DNA of 63,667 bases, filler included, from Reticulomyxa filosa (Eukaryota; Protista; Foraminifera), in assembly GCA_000512085.1 (NCBI GenBank). It is 25 parts of 25 records of this genome, joined end to end, with 100 filler letters (N's around TTAATTAATTAA, not from the genome) between each part and the next. Parts side by side here need not be neighbours in the genome. Positions count along the whole stretch, not along the records: positions 22,478 to 25,876 come from ASPP01018403.1; positions 25,977 to 30,020 come from ASPP01006305.1; positions 30,121 to 31,310 come from ASPP01006951.1; positions 31,411 to 32,894 come from ASPP01024942.1; positions 32,995 to 37,262 come from ASPP01026367.1; 20 more parts are not named here. One strand, given 5' to 3'. Positions 24,951 through 37,362 of the stretch are shown in pieces. A program made the translations under genes and the position numbers. The notes below the pieces were generated by a model, which saw only the letters and a program-made list of their open reading frames with translations, ran no database searches and was not told where the DNA came from. Each line of letters begins with the position of its first letter. The first letter of the stretch is position 1.

Positions 24951-25976
24951 CCAATTAAATATGTTATTTTGTACCAGCATGTCTTGCAGTATATCTTATT
25001 ATGGTAAATACACTTTGCCTCGGCCGCTCTGATCTCCTTCACAAGCCTTGTTATCAGCTAGTATATTTCAGTTTTGCCAGATGTTCACTATAAGTTATCC
25101 AATCATTGTAGTTCTGCAAATTTCTCAAATGCGTCAAATACTCTTAAAGCAATCAATGTTTGATCTTTTCCAACAAGCTGCTCGTTTCCAGTAAAATGGT
25201 TACTATCCCATTTAACAGTAGTTTGTACATCTTTACTCTAAAGCAACTTTGCTCAAGATATCATGTAAGTTTTAAAAGCACTTCCGCCTATCAGTCACAC
25301 TACGCAGTTGCTGGACATATTACGACAGACACCGAAAATGAATTGCAACAAAATGCGTTGCCAAAAACAGTAACAAAGTGAATAAGCAAACAATCATATT
25401 ATAAAATCTTAATGTAAAAAACTTTATATCACTAAAAAAATTTTTACTGATGAACTTTCTTGGACGAAACGACGTTGAAGGCATTTTGGAAAATATATTT
25501 TAATTTAATTTTTTAGTTTAGAATACTTGTTTTTGAACAAACAATCTTAACTGATCTTTTTAGGCAAAATGCGAAAAGCTAAGATTTCAAGTCATAAAAC
25601 ATAATTATTCTATCGATTACCGTGTAAGTAAACATATTCTTCTTAATTTAATTTAATTTTATTGTACAGATTTTAATCGAAGGAGAATAACAAACGAAGC
25701 ACAAGAAAATAGATTAGTTGAAATAAGTTTCGAAAAAGTATTGAAAATTTGTTTAGTATTCACTTAAAATATTGTAATTTGTTAGTATATGATTGCATTA
25801 AAATACTATTGTAGGGCAAGCCCTTATCACATATGGCTGAACGCTTATGGAACTGAGGAGCTCCCTTTGGGTTAAANNNNNNNNNNNNNNNNNNNNNNNN
25901 NNNNNNNNNNNNNNNNNNNNTTAATTAATTAANNNNNNNNNNNNNNNNNNNNNNNNNNNNNNNNNNNNNNNNNNNN

Positions 25977-27661
25977 AATAACAATGATAATAATAATAAC
26001 AATGATAATAATAATAACAAAGGCAATGATGATAATGATAATAGTAACAATGAAACTAGTGATAGTGATAACAACAACGATAACGAGGAGAAGAAGGAGA
26101 AGGAGGAAAAAGAGAAAGAGAAAGAAAAAGAGAGAGAAAAAGAGAAAGAAAAAGAAAAAGAAAAAGAAAAAGAGAAAGAGGAGGAGAAGGTGAAAGTAGA
26201 AGTGGAGGAAAAAAAAAGGAAGAAATATAGCAACACTCAAAGCACCGACGAAAATGCTGACGAGGATAAAAAGTCCAAAGTAAAAAAAAAACGTCCGAAA
26301 AAAAGTGTCGAAGACAAAACAACAGATTCGGCAGTGAAGGAGAAAAAAAAAATGAAGGCAAAGAGAAGGCATGAAAGAAAACATGTCGACGTGGATGTAA
26401 GTAAAAAGATGTATGAACACGAAGAGCGACAATATAAAATGGAGTTGTGGGATAAGGATACGTCCTTGCACGCAAACAAGCACCACCACGTTTCTCGCAA
26501 ACATGACAACGTCGCAACGATGGATTGTCATCATAGGACCGAACCTTTGCTGCCTGATTTTGACAATTTGAGCATTCGCGAGTTAAAAAGCACTTTGTTA
26601 TACCTGTATCACGACAACGTTTCCTTGCAGTCGCATAACCAATGGCTACTTGCCGAAAACGAACATTTGCGAATGCAACTGAGCTCATATCATTCTTTTT
26701 ATGAAGGTACAATACAGTGCAAAAAAAAAAAAAAGTCAAATGATACAAGTTTCGTCTCATTGGCTTTCTTTTCTTTTTACTTTTTATTATCTTTTTTTTT
26801 TTAATTGTGTTGTTATTAGCAGAAGCAGACAACAGTTTTATGGAGCAAAATCCTTTTGAACACTGCCACGGTTGGAGAGGAGGTGATCGTCGACCGCAAC
26901 ATCAACAGCCTCATCATTATCAACGTCTATATCCATCTGTACCTTTTGCGAACTCAAACAATATCAAAAAAAATTACAGAACGTACTTTGATGAACACAG
27001 ACGTCCTCCAAGGCCAAAGTACAGCCACGACCCCAATGCGAATGGGTATCAGTGGAGCATGTCTGCTCAACGATTCAAATTTAGTTGTGCAGAGGACTTG
27101 GAAACATATAATCATCTTTGCGCCTGGTGTGTAAATTGGACTGATTACTTATGCGAGTTTGAAGGCTTATATTATTGCCATTGGCGTGTGTTAAGTTTGG
27201 AAGGAAAAAGCTTTGAACAAGTCAAAAATCGTTGGTTTTCGTACATCGGAGGAAGAAAGTACTTATTGCACCCACTTTGGAACAAGTTTGACTTGTTCAG
27301 AGCATTTCCTGTTGATAAGACTGGAAACAACAAAAAACTAGACCATCCTTTTGCTGACACTGAAACATATAAAGTATATAAAGAAACTACCGTAGAAGGT
27401 TACTTATTGAAAAATCGAAAATTTGTTACAAAAGACCAATGGAAAGGTGAAGACATCCAATGTGAATGTATTCAAGTTAGCGTTGATACTGTAAAAGATC
27501 TCCGTAAAAATCAACGAATAAAAAGCAAATATGATCACAATACATTTGATATTAACAAGAAAAAGTCATTCACAAACTTAGCACGCGCAAAGAAGGAGCA
27601 ACAAGATCAGCCGACCGATGGAACGCTTTCCAATGAAGAAACAGATCAATTAGCACGATAG
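25977..27661 (+). CDS. Hypothetical protein: Asn/Asp- and Glu/Lys-rich N-terminus, coiled coil, aromatic-rich globular C-terminal domain (5'-truncated)
   Basis: Open frames 26190-26706 and 26821-27661 joined by a GT..AG intron. Low-complexity (N/D)n and (EK)n start. Confidence 0.7.
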
Positions 27662-28098
27662 TTTAATTGTTTATTGTGATGGTATTAGCATATTGTGTTT
27701 TTTCTTATTCAAAACGTGACTATATCAGTTTTAAGATTGTTGTGCGATTATTTACTCAAGAAATAAGTTATTTGATTTTTTACTAATAAACATGTCAAAC
27801 ATTGCGTGATTGAAAGGCTCACAATCGAAATAAAGCAACATTTTCGATTAAGAAAAATTTTAAATGGTTCGTGAAAAATTTGATTATTTCTAAAACAATA
27901 CTACTATTTCATAACCTGGAAATTGCAAAAAATTGGAAATCATGAATTTGCCCACTGACAGTGATGCTAGTGATACTGTGTTTCTGAATTATTTTTGAAA
28001 TCCCTCTGAATTATCATTTTGATTTTGAAAAACCAAAGTGTCTGCAGTGCTTGCAAAATCCCTTTTCAAAATCAACACTGTGAAAATCATTTTCGTAT

Positions 28099-30020
28099 TC
28101 ACAACTTGGGTATATCATAGGGAAAAGGATTGTACCCACACTCTTTTCTAAAGCTCAATATTTTGTCCCGTTCCACCAAATGGATTTTACTTTTCTTGGC
28201 TTCTTCGTTTGTGACCGTAGGAATGGTATTGCTCTTGCTAAAGCATTGTACACTCAATTTCGAAAGAGTATTTTTTGATCCAAGTATGAACTCGTCATAG
28301 AAAGATAATATATTTTCCAATGACAACCTAGCGATCACGTTTGCAACTAGCGAGCGTCGATCAAACTGATAACGGCCATTACTGTAAAAAGACAATAAAA
28401 AACATGCAAGCAATATTTTATTGCAGTTGAGTAATTATAAATAACAACAAGTACAAAAGTAGGAGCAAATTTATAACTCCAAATTCATTCCAATAATGGG
28501 CCAATTGCTGACTAATTCCTTTGGTTTTTTCCAACAAATCATTGATGACACCTTCTTTGTTGGACTCAAGAGTTTCAGTTGTTGTTGCCGCCAATTCTTT
28601 TCGGAAGTCTTGCAAAAACTGTTCAATTCTTTCATCTAATTTTATTGGATGCGCAACTGTTGATTGTATTACAACTCGGAACGACATTGTTCCACGTACA
28701 TTGTCAGGAAAAGACCACACCAAATATCCCAATTGCTCTTTGGTTCGTAATTGATCAAAACATGGAACGGACGCCATATGCGACATCAACCGCAGCACCG
28801 CCCATTCTTTCTATTGGTGTATGTACAGGTATATATATATATATTTTTTTTTTTTTCCTCCCTCTTTTCTTTTTTATTCAACTGAATTTCAAATCTCAGA
28901 TTCGGCATATATAAATTCGTACACATATGAAACATCACAAATGTATTTTAGTTTGGTTAACTGGGGTATCAGCAGTGTAAAAGTAATTATTTCCAATTGC
29001 ACTGTTGTTATCGTTGGAGTTGAAGTTTTCAAATCTCAGTGTGTGAGTTAAGCCATTTGCAGGGATTTTCAAGGCACCTTTGCGTGAGACAAGATAGTCT
29101 TTGAGTGGATACACTTTCGATTTTCCATCCTTCAAGATATACTTTTGAATGAGTTTTGCATAGATTTGCTTGATTTGATCAGGCTCTGCATTTCCATAAA
29201 TCAATCCTTCCACAAATATTTCTTCAAACAAGTTCTGGTAATGTTTCAGTAATCCTTTGTAAGTAACCTTTTCCACTTCTTGTTCCATATCTTCCAATGA
29301 ATACGCTCGGTCATTACTATATTCAATTACACAATCAACTCTTTATTGTCACAACAATATCAAACAAACAAAAAATGGAGTGGACATACAGAATGTAATT
29401 TTCAAACAAAGCCACTTGTTGATGTCCTTTTGTTTTTCGAATGCTTTGAATCTGGCGCTTATATCGTTCCAAATTCACCTCGAATTGGTCCTATTTGCCA
29501 CATGCATATATGTATATATGTATATATACGTATGTATTGTGCACGTGTATATACTTTCGTGTGACCAAAGCCTTACTTTTACACCAAGAAGCGTGCAAGC
29601 AAATGAAGACGGAAAGACATAGTTCATAGTTTTACACCCAACAAAAGTCACTCAACTTCACTGAGCTCAAAATTGCCCAATTTGGACAACACAGTTTCCA
29701 CCAAAGCAGGGAGTTTTTGGTTGTAACCAAAGAAGTCCACATTTATCCCGCTGACATTGTCGAAAGCCGCATACGAAGACAAGCTAGCTTCAGTGAACGT
29801 GTATGTCAATTCACTCATGACATCTTGAAAGCATAAGAACAACAAAGTGGTCAGCATCTATTTCATTTTTTTTTTTTTGGTAATACTCTCTTCCTCTTAT
29901 AATAAATGCATATTTCAAAAATACCACTCGAAAAAACGAAAGAAAACAAAACTTGATTGGCACAGCTATTTGCAGCGTGTGGACCGAAAGGGTTTGAATT
30001 CCGGGTTTTTAAAAACCCGG
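28099..30020 (-). CDS. IDE: Insulysin / insulin-degrading enzyme (M16A metallopeptidase), C-terminal half
   Basis: FGYNQKLPALVE, FVEGLIYGN, NDNNSAIGNNY, PCFDQLRTKEQLGYLVWS, FRVVIQS, LDERIEQFL, YQFDR and KLSVQ, spread over several exons. Confidence 0.9.
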
Positions 30021-30120
30021 NNNNNNNNNNNNNNNNNNNNNNNNNNNNNNNNNNNNNNNNNNNNTTAATTAATTAANNNNNNNNNNNNNNNNNNNNNNNN
30101 NNNNNNNNNNNNNNNNNNNN

Positions 30121-30491
30121 GCTACGTGGAAGCGCAAGCCGGCCTGTCGCCTGTGGTACAGCTGGCACGCTATTTCGAACTCACCGACAACTATTACGAC
30201 AAGCAGCAGATTTGCCCCAGCGGCATCCTGTCTGCCGAGCTGCACACGCTGCCGCCGGAGATGCAGCAGTGCACCGCGCAGTTTGTGGAAGAAATGCGCG
30301 CCTGGGCGGTGGACATCGTGCGCCGTGGCCAGCAAGCCGGCGCCATGCAGTTTGCCGGTACGCCGGAAGGCATGGGCACCATCGTGTTTGCCGCCATGCA
30401 GGGCAGCCTGCAGCTGGCACGGCTGGACGGTGGCGCGCTGGACGAAGTGAAGCAGCAGATCCGTCTGATGCTGGGGATTATCGCATCCTGA
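30121..30491 (+). CDS. Bacterial TetR-family transcriptional regulator, C-terminal domain (5'-truncated)
   Basis: ICPSGILSAELHTLPPEMQ..WAVDIVRRGQQAG..FAAMQGSLQLAR. High-GC3 bacterial codon usage. Confidence 0.8.
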
Positions 30492-30577
30492 CCCGGCAAG
30501 GGGCTGCTTGCGGCCAACCTTGCCAATCAACCATAAGGCTGCCCAAGCAGCCAGCAACGACACGAGAAGGGCAATTC

Positions 30578-31072
30578 ATGACCACACCGAAAAACAGCAT
30601 GTGCCGCATGGTGGACAAGACCGCCAGCCTGCCGACCGGCCTGCGCTCCTGGGTAATTACCCGCATGTTCGGCAAGTTCGTCCCGTTCCTGGGTACGGCC
30701 GGCCTGGTGTTCGAGGAAGTCAGCCGCGAACGCATGGTGGTCAGCGTCAAGAACCGCAAGAAGGTGCAGAACCACATCAAGGGCCTGCACGCCGCCGCCA
30801 TGGCGCTGCTGGCCGAAACCGCCACCGGTTTCGTAGTGGGCATGAACGTGCCGGACGACAAGCTGATGCTGCTCAAGTCGATGAAGGTCAGCTACTACAA
30901 GCGGGCGCAGGGCAATATGCGTGCGGTGGCCACGTTGCCGGCGGCGCAGGTGCAACGCATGTTCACCGAAGACAAGGGCGACGTGCTGGTGGACGTGGTG
31001 GTGACCGACGAATCGGGCGAATCGCCGATCGTGTGCGAAATGGTCTGGGCCTGGGTGCCCAAGAAGCGCTAG
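30578..31072 (+). CDS. Bacterial DUF4442/PaaI-like hotdog-fold thioesterase
   Basis: VPFLGTAG..VQNHIKGLHAAAMALLAETATG..YYKRAQG. The ATG at 30578 follows a purine-rich GAGAAGGG RBS; the 286-aa ORF call is over-extended. Confidence 0.85.
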   Translation: MTTPKNSMCRMVDKTASLPTGLRSWVITRMFGKFVPFLGTAGLVFEEVSRERMVVSVKNRKKVQNHIKGLHAAAMALLAETATGFVVGMNVPDDKLMLLKSMKVSYYKRAQGNMRAVATLPAAQVQRMFTEDKGDVLVDVVVTDESGESPIVCEMVWAWVPKKR

Positions 31073-31081
31073 GAGGCAGCG

Positions 31082-31310
31082 ATGAGCAGCTATACCACCC
31101 TGCAATTGACGCTGCACGGCGCCGTGGCGCACGTAGCGCTGAACCGCCCGGACAAGGCCAACTCGCTCAATGAGGCGATGTGGCAGGAACTGCAGCAAGC
31201 CATGGAATGGTGCGACGCCGAGCCCGGCGTACGCGCCGTGGTGCTGTCCGGCAACGGCAAGCATTTCTGTGCCGGCATCGACTTATCGATGCTGATGAAC
31301 ATGCAAAAGG
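31082..31310 (+). CDS. Bacterial enoyl-CoA hydratase/isomerase (crotonase) N-terminus (3'-truncated)
   Basis: VAHVALNRPDKANSL..VRAVVLSGNGKHFCAGIDL. An AGGAGG RBS overlaps the upstream stop codon. Confidence 0.93.
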
Positions 31311-32057
31311 NNNNNNNNNNNNNNNNNNNNNNNNNNNNNNNNNNNNNNNNNNNNTTAATTAATTAANNNNNNNNNNNNNNNNNNNNNNNNNNNNNNNNNN
31401 NNNNNNNNNNAACAAAATTGGCATTGGTAACTGTGGAATTTTACTTTCTTACACTTTTTATCCCTTTTGATTTCTTGCCTCCACCTTTTTAATCCCTTTT
31501 TTGTTCATCCTGAAATCACGGGATTTTGCAGTAACTGTTGACCCCCTTGACAAAATGACTTTTTTATTATTCTTTTTAGTTTTTTGTCTTCATTTTTGTT
31601 TGTTCGTTTTTTACGAAGACTGAATTTTATGTTTTGTCAGGCATGAAATGAAAAAAAACCAAAGCTTAATAAAGGAAAGTGTTTGCTTAAAAATTGGATC
31701 CATCAAACAAGAAAAAATTTATTAGGTTTTTATTTTAAATCTCAAAAAATCTTTTTATTTTCTTTTTGTGGCTTATTTCGTTCTGCAACGTGTATCAATT
31801 GCAGGACAAACATTTAATTTTATCTATTGAAAACCTTCACGACGTTTCAATGAACTAAACATGAGATTTAAGTATCCAACAACTTTATTAAGAGGACATT
31901 TAAACTTGGATTATTTTTCGGAACAACAAAAAATTTATCTTAGTCACACAAAAAATATCGACTGTATTTGTTTAAAACAAAGCCGACGTGTGTAAGAATT
32001 TTTTGGACAAGGAGGGAGAAAGTAATTTTTAAATTTTCTTTAATTGATTTGTGGATA

Positions 32058-32775
32058 ATGTCAACAGTAACGAACAATTGGTTGCCAAAACCAACCGGAA
32101 TTAATGCAGTATGTGAATTATTGGAATTATCTGCATCGTGTGACAATGAAAAACAAAAAGAAGCATACGGGAGACAAAAGATGATGGAAAAAAGCGAGGA
32201 ATTTGCAGGGTACTGTGCGGCAGTGTTTGTAGAAACTCAAACAAAAGTGGAGGTCCGTCAAAGAGCAGGACTGCTGATGAAAACATGTTTCCAAAACAGT
32301 TACGATTTTATTTCAGAATCAATCAAGCATTGGTGTCAAGGAAAGATATTGCAGTGTATTGTTGATCCGGATGATTGCATCCGCAAGACTGCGAGTAGTG
32401 TTGAGTACATAACATGCCAACAAAAAAAAAAAAATAAATAAATAAAATAGAATAAATAAATAACTAAATAAATAAAACAATCAACAAAACAAAAAAAAAA
32501 TAAAACTATAAAAAACAAAAACAAAATAAAAATGAAACAATAATTATTGAAAGCAAAGAAATAAAGAAAGAAAAAAAAACAAAAAAAACAACAAAAAAAA
32601 ACTTTGATAACAACTGGCAATGACTAGACAATTGCAACAATAGTGCGGGAACAAGGGCTGCGAGGATGGCCAAACTTGCTTGAAGATTTGCTGGAGCAAT
32701 TGAGAAGATATAGTAGCAATGATAGTGTTATTCCTCGATTGAGTATTTTGTTCACCTTAGAATTATTGCTTGAAG
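32058..32775 (+). CDS. TNPO1: Transportin-1 (importin beta-2) N-terminal exons
   Basis: WLPKPTGINAVCELL..VRQRAGLLMK..DPDDCIRKTASS (exon to 32399) spliced to TIATIV..GWPNLL (32628-32775). Confidence 0.8.
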
Positions 32776-32804
32776 GTTAAGTATCAACACTTTCTCTGGA
32801 CATT

Positions 32805-32827
32805 CATTATTTTATTATTATTTATTA

Positions 32828-32893
<66 letters not shown>

Positions 32894-32894
32894 G
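32805..32894. repeat. Intronic (TTA)n microsatellite at the segment end
   Basis: Visible tandem array. Confidence 0.95.
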
Positions 32895-33085
32895 NNNNNN
32901 NNNNNNNNNNNNNNNNNNNNNNNNNNNNNNNNNNNNNNTTAATTAATTAANNNNNNNNNNNNNNNNNNNNNNNNNNNNNNNNNNNNNNNNNNNNTTTTTT
33001 AAAAAAAAAAGGGGGGGGGACAGATGAGAAGATATAAATCGCAAAAAAAAAAAAAAAAAAAAATGTTAATAATAATAAAAAAAAG

Positions 33086-35809
33086 AATCCTTACGCAGCT
33101 TGTGGTCCGAAAACGGGCAATTCGTACTGTTCAGCGAAGGGAGGTTGTATTGAAACGTCGTACTCTTGCTCCGACAACTTTGCGTCGGATCGTTATGCTT
33201 GTGAGGTGGGTGATTGGAGTGGTAAGTACGGCACTTTGTTTTTGAACAGTACTAACATATTGTCGGCCGTGGTCAGTTCGTTTGGAGATATCACCGGCGA
33301 TCAATTAGCTGCCAAGTCAGTCGTCTTCCATTGCGCCAACAACGGGGCCGCTGCTTTCTGTGCCCCTTTTCTTCCCGCATCGGGTAGTGTTTCGTCTGTC
33401 ACTTCTCGTCGCCAACCAAGTTATTATTATTTTTTTTTTTTAAAAAAAAAAAAAAAAAAGACAAAATACATTTTTGAAAAAAAAATGTATAAATAAATGA
33501 AAAAGACGGATACTCTTTGAAAGCTGACTTTTCAAGTGCACCTGGCATGACCCCTAAAAAGAATGCGTACATATCATTTGAGTTTTGTAACATATATACA
33601 TATACATAATACACGCATATACGTATACAAATGTATATTTATGTATACGTATTTTATGATTACATATATACACGAACAATGAACGTATATGATATATGAT
33701 ATATCAGTTACACTGGACGAGTGAACTACCAATTCCAATCAAACGCACTGCAAGGAACAAGTCCATGCGCGAGCGGACTGGCGGAGGTATGGATCGGCGA
33801 CGCGTGGACGAAAGGTACGAGCGTGGCGGAGTCGGGACTGTGCACATCATCATTGTACGGAACATTCTACGACCCGACAAAGCAATGTTACGCGAGTAAG
33901 AACACAACGGACTGTGCGTCGTGCACGGCAGGGAAGCTGTGCGATGACAGCGGATACACGTACAGTTGCGACTACGCGAGCAACCCATTTTCGTGTTCGC
34001 CGATGGATTTCACAGGGAGATACGGCTATGTGAATCTGACGCGCATATCACGCAAAGGACAGAGTTCAACAGTGTATGACCGATACTTGGGCGACTTAGA
34101 TTTGCTAGTGCATAAATCAGTGGTGTTAATATGCTCGGATTCGAAGCAGCCATTGCTTTGCGCGAAAATCCAAAACGTCGGCATTGGCGTTGCCACGGCG
34201 TCATTTTCGGCATCGAATAGTGGTGCGTCGGGACAAGTGATGGTTCGAGACGGCCAGGTGGACGTGCAGATGGTGTTTGCCGTGGCCAAGGCAATCTATG
34301 CCAATGGCTCGGTATTGCCGACCAATTGCTTTGATCAAGGCTTGAAAGTGCACATTCACGAGAAGTGGACATACGACGACACCACAGATCGCGTAGGCGC
34401 CAGCGCGTGTGATAAAGCGCACACGGGAGGACATTGGGACCCTTGGATCGCATGCAGCTCCACCACCGGAAATACGGCCGTATGCAAATTGTCGTCCGCA
34501 CCCACTTCCAGTCCCACATCTGCTTGTGTCAGTCTCGGCGGCAGTGCTGGCAATGGCAAGTACGTGTGCAACTCCACAGACTATCTTCTCGATCCCTTTG
34601 CATGCGAGGTCGGCGATTGGAGTGGCAAGTATGGAGTGTACCCCGTCGAGGGCAACAGCTCGCAAGTCAGACGCACCGATCAGTCGTATTTGGAAGTTGA
34701 CGCCACCGAGTTGGTCGGACGCTCCGTCGTCTTTCATTGCGCGACCGACAACTCCAGAGCATTTTGCGCTCCTTTCGTCCTCCAGGATGGACTCACCGAT
34801 GGAGACGACACCGAACCCACCTGGTCTTTGAATAATCAGGCCGGAAATCTCATTCATAATGCCACCGTCAGCGCTTCGTGGGGTACCGTTGCTTTGTATA
34901 GCACTGGGCTTTACTATGTCAATATCAATGACAGCACTTCTACTTGTTCTTCCGATGATACTATTGCTTATGGAGTCTTTCAAGGTTTTCTTTTATATAT
35001 ATGTATATATAATAGATATATGTATATATACATACATATATCTATTTATATACATACATATATCTATTATATACATACATATATTATTAGATTCATCCTG
35101 CACGAAAATGTATGATCCTACAATTCAATGCGTCCCCAAAAGTGAATACAACGACGGTTGGTGCACTGGTGATATGACGTGCGATGTTGCCAGCGCCTAT
35201 GACTGCCAATTCAGCTCCTCGCCCTACTCGTGCTCACCGTCGGACTTGTCTGGAAAGTATGGGTCCACTGGCACTGACAAAACAATTGCCGTGAAGGGAT
35301 GGGATGACTTGATGGTTCCTTTGGCACATTTGCGAACAAGATACTTTGGTACGTATTGCTCCAGCTCATTGACTACCACACATTGCCAGTCTTGGGACGT
35401 CTCCGTGCAACCCACACCAAGTCCAACCACCAGTCCAACCAAAAGACCCACTTCGCATCCGAGCACTCCACCAACCAAAAGACCAACCAAACATCCAACT
35501 AAACATCCAAGCAAATTACCAAGCTTCCCACCAACACTGGCGCCATCTCTGTCACCTACAACTCCAGGTCCAACTGGAAATCCTTCGCAATTCCCAAGTC
35601 CTCAACCAACAGTGTATCCCAGTGTTCCAACAACTCCTCCTTCTTTGCGTCCTTCTCTTGCTCCATCGATCCCTCCCACTCAAAGTCCAAGTGTGCCCCC
35701 TTCTCGGCATCCTACCCCTATTCCAACTTCTCCCCAAGCAAGCTCGGCTCAAACAATCACTACTCTTATTTGTGGTTTATTTGCACTGATCTCGTTGTTG
35801 TGGATTTAA
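33086..35809 (+). CDS. Cell-surface protein with at least four tandem Cu-only SOD-like domains, a Pro/Thr/Ser stalk and a GPI-like hydrophobic C-terminus (5'-truncated)
   Basis: Domain 3 has VHIHE, TGGHWDP, CEVGDWSGKYG, LVGRSVVFHC and SRAFCA. Homologous CEVGDWSGKYG, CSPMDFTGRYG and CSPSDLSGKYG blocks mark three more repeats. The protein ends TLICGLFALISLLWI*. Introns at about 33421-33505, 33580-33707 and 34985-35090. Confidence 0.85.
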
Positions 35810-37024
35810 ATACAAAAAAAAAGATATTTGTTATTAAAACAAAAGTGTACACAGAGGCATTTCATTATTCTCTTGCTTCATTCACAAATGCGTTTTTCCC
35901 AACTTTTTTTGTTTAAATAAAAAAAAATGATAGGGCTGTGTATAGTGTACAACACCACAAAAAAAAAATATTTGGCCCAATGTTGTTTATTCAAAGATCA
36001 CTAGCAACAGATCGGCAAATCAAATATGTTTTTAAACTTAACGAAACCACATTCCAAAAGCAAAAAATATTTTTGTAAGAAAAAACATCGTTAAAATGTC
36101 TAGCAATTGCTTTTTTTATCACCAAAAAAAAATAATCTTGGAAAGAAAAAAAATATCATATGATTGTCTAGCTATCAGCAGGTTGATTGGGCATTTAGAC
36201 AGGATAATAACAGAGAATTAAATGACCTTACCGCCTTTGAGGCAGTCCTGCTCCCTTACCCTATACAAAATTTCATGCACACTTTTTTTTTGTGCCACAA
36301 AATCAGTTAGAAAATGTTACGTAAGGAGAAGTTTTGCTTGTGTTTATGCATTGAGTATGTGCGGTTATGCCAATAAATTTGTTTTTTTTTTTTGTGTAAT
36401 TGCGTCAACAGATCTTTTATTGAATACTGACCAAAAAAATTGTGTATAACTCATTTAAACAAAGTCCTAAACGAAGAAAAAAACAAAAGATCCGCCAGGC
36501 TTCTCATTAGTTTACCATTGTCAAAAACTTAGAAACCCACTATTTCATAAGCAATAGCAAACACAAAATTCGATTGAGCATTTTTTCTAGTAATTAGCCG
36601 AGGTTTTTTGTGAATTGGAACAATAACAAATTAGTTGTCTGGAGCAGTACTCGCGGGCAATGTCGTCGGCTGCGGACGTTTGTATCCTTTTGAGTTGATC
36701 TACTACAAGTGGATTTGACTTGGATTTAAAAAAACTCAAACTTTAAACTACGTTTCAATGTTGCTTCCAAGGCTCACACTTGTTCGCAATTTTTATAATT
36801 TTATTTTATTTTCATACATGTTACTGTAACATAAATAATCAATTGATAATTCTTTTCCATTCCGTAGTTATTTTGCTAACATAAAAATTCCTTCTGAAAT
36901 GCACTAAAAAAGTTTGTTTTTGACAAGTATAAAATAATGAAACCCTTAGTTGCACCAACAAGCAAGAAAGTTGACATGACTAACTTGGACAAGATATAAT
37001 TTTGTTACAAAAAAAATAAATAAA

Positions 37025-37165
37025 TTATTTGTGATAGTAATAAGTGGTGCTAACACCAGCCAAATGTTCCCAACTTCCAGGGATATTAAAAGCAAATGAA
37101 ATTCTGGTGTCTGTGCCATATACAGGTTGAACATGATGGCGCATATACCCAGGAAACAATAGCTT
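37025..37165 (-). CDS. 2OG-Fe(II) oxygenase (TIGR02466-like) last exon
   Basis: LLFPGYMRHHVQPVYGTDTRISFAFN carries the distal His and the R-x-S 2OG-binding motif. Confidence 0.75.
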   Translation of the reverse strand, partial: KLLFPGYMRHHVQPVYGTDTRISFAFNIPGSWEHLAGVSTTYYYHK

Positions 37166-37362
37166 TTTCAAACACAATGTTAACAAGGAAAGAGCAACAC
37201 ACATATATGTACACAGCAGTATAAGTGTGTCCTTGCACACGTGTGATTGAAAAAAAAAAAAANNNNNNNNNNNNNNNNNNNNNNNNNNNNNNNNNNNNNN
37301 NNNNNNTTAATTAATTAANNNNNNNNNNNNNNNNNNNNNNNNNNNNNNNNNNNNNNNNNNNN

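Noticed and set aside
25925-26832. Hydrophobic poly-Phe/Ile/Leu ORFs that look like membrane proteins (also 8861-9288, 38629-39161, 59175-59863)
   Set aside because: They are antisense or off-frame translations of (AAT)n and (GAAAAA)n coding repeats.
30069-31302. Long overlapping antisense and alternative-frame ORFs in the bacterial segment
   Set aside because: These are shadow ORFs caused by high GC3; three plus-strand genes explain the region.
30021-31410. Horizontal gene transfer of bacterial genes between insulysin and transportin
   Set aside because: The adjacency is created by linkers and no native junction exists.
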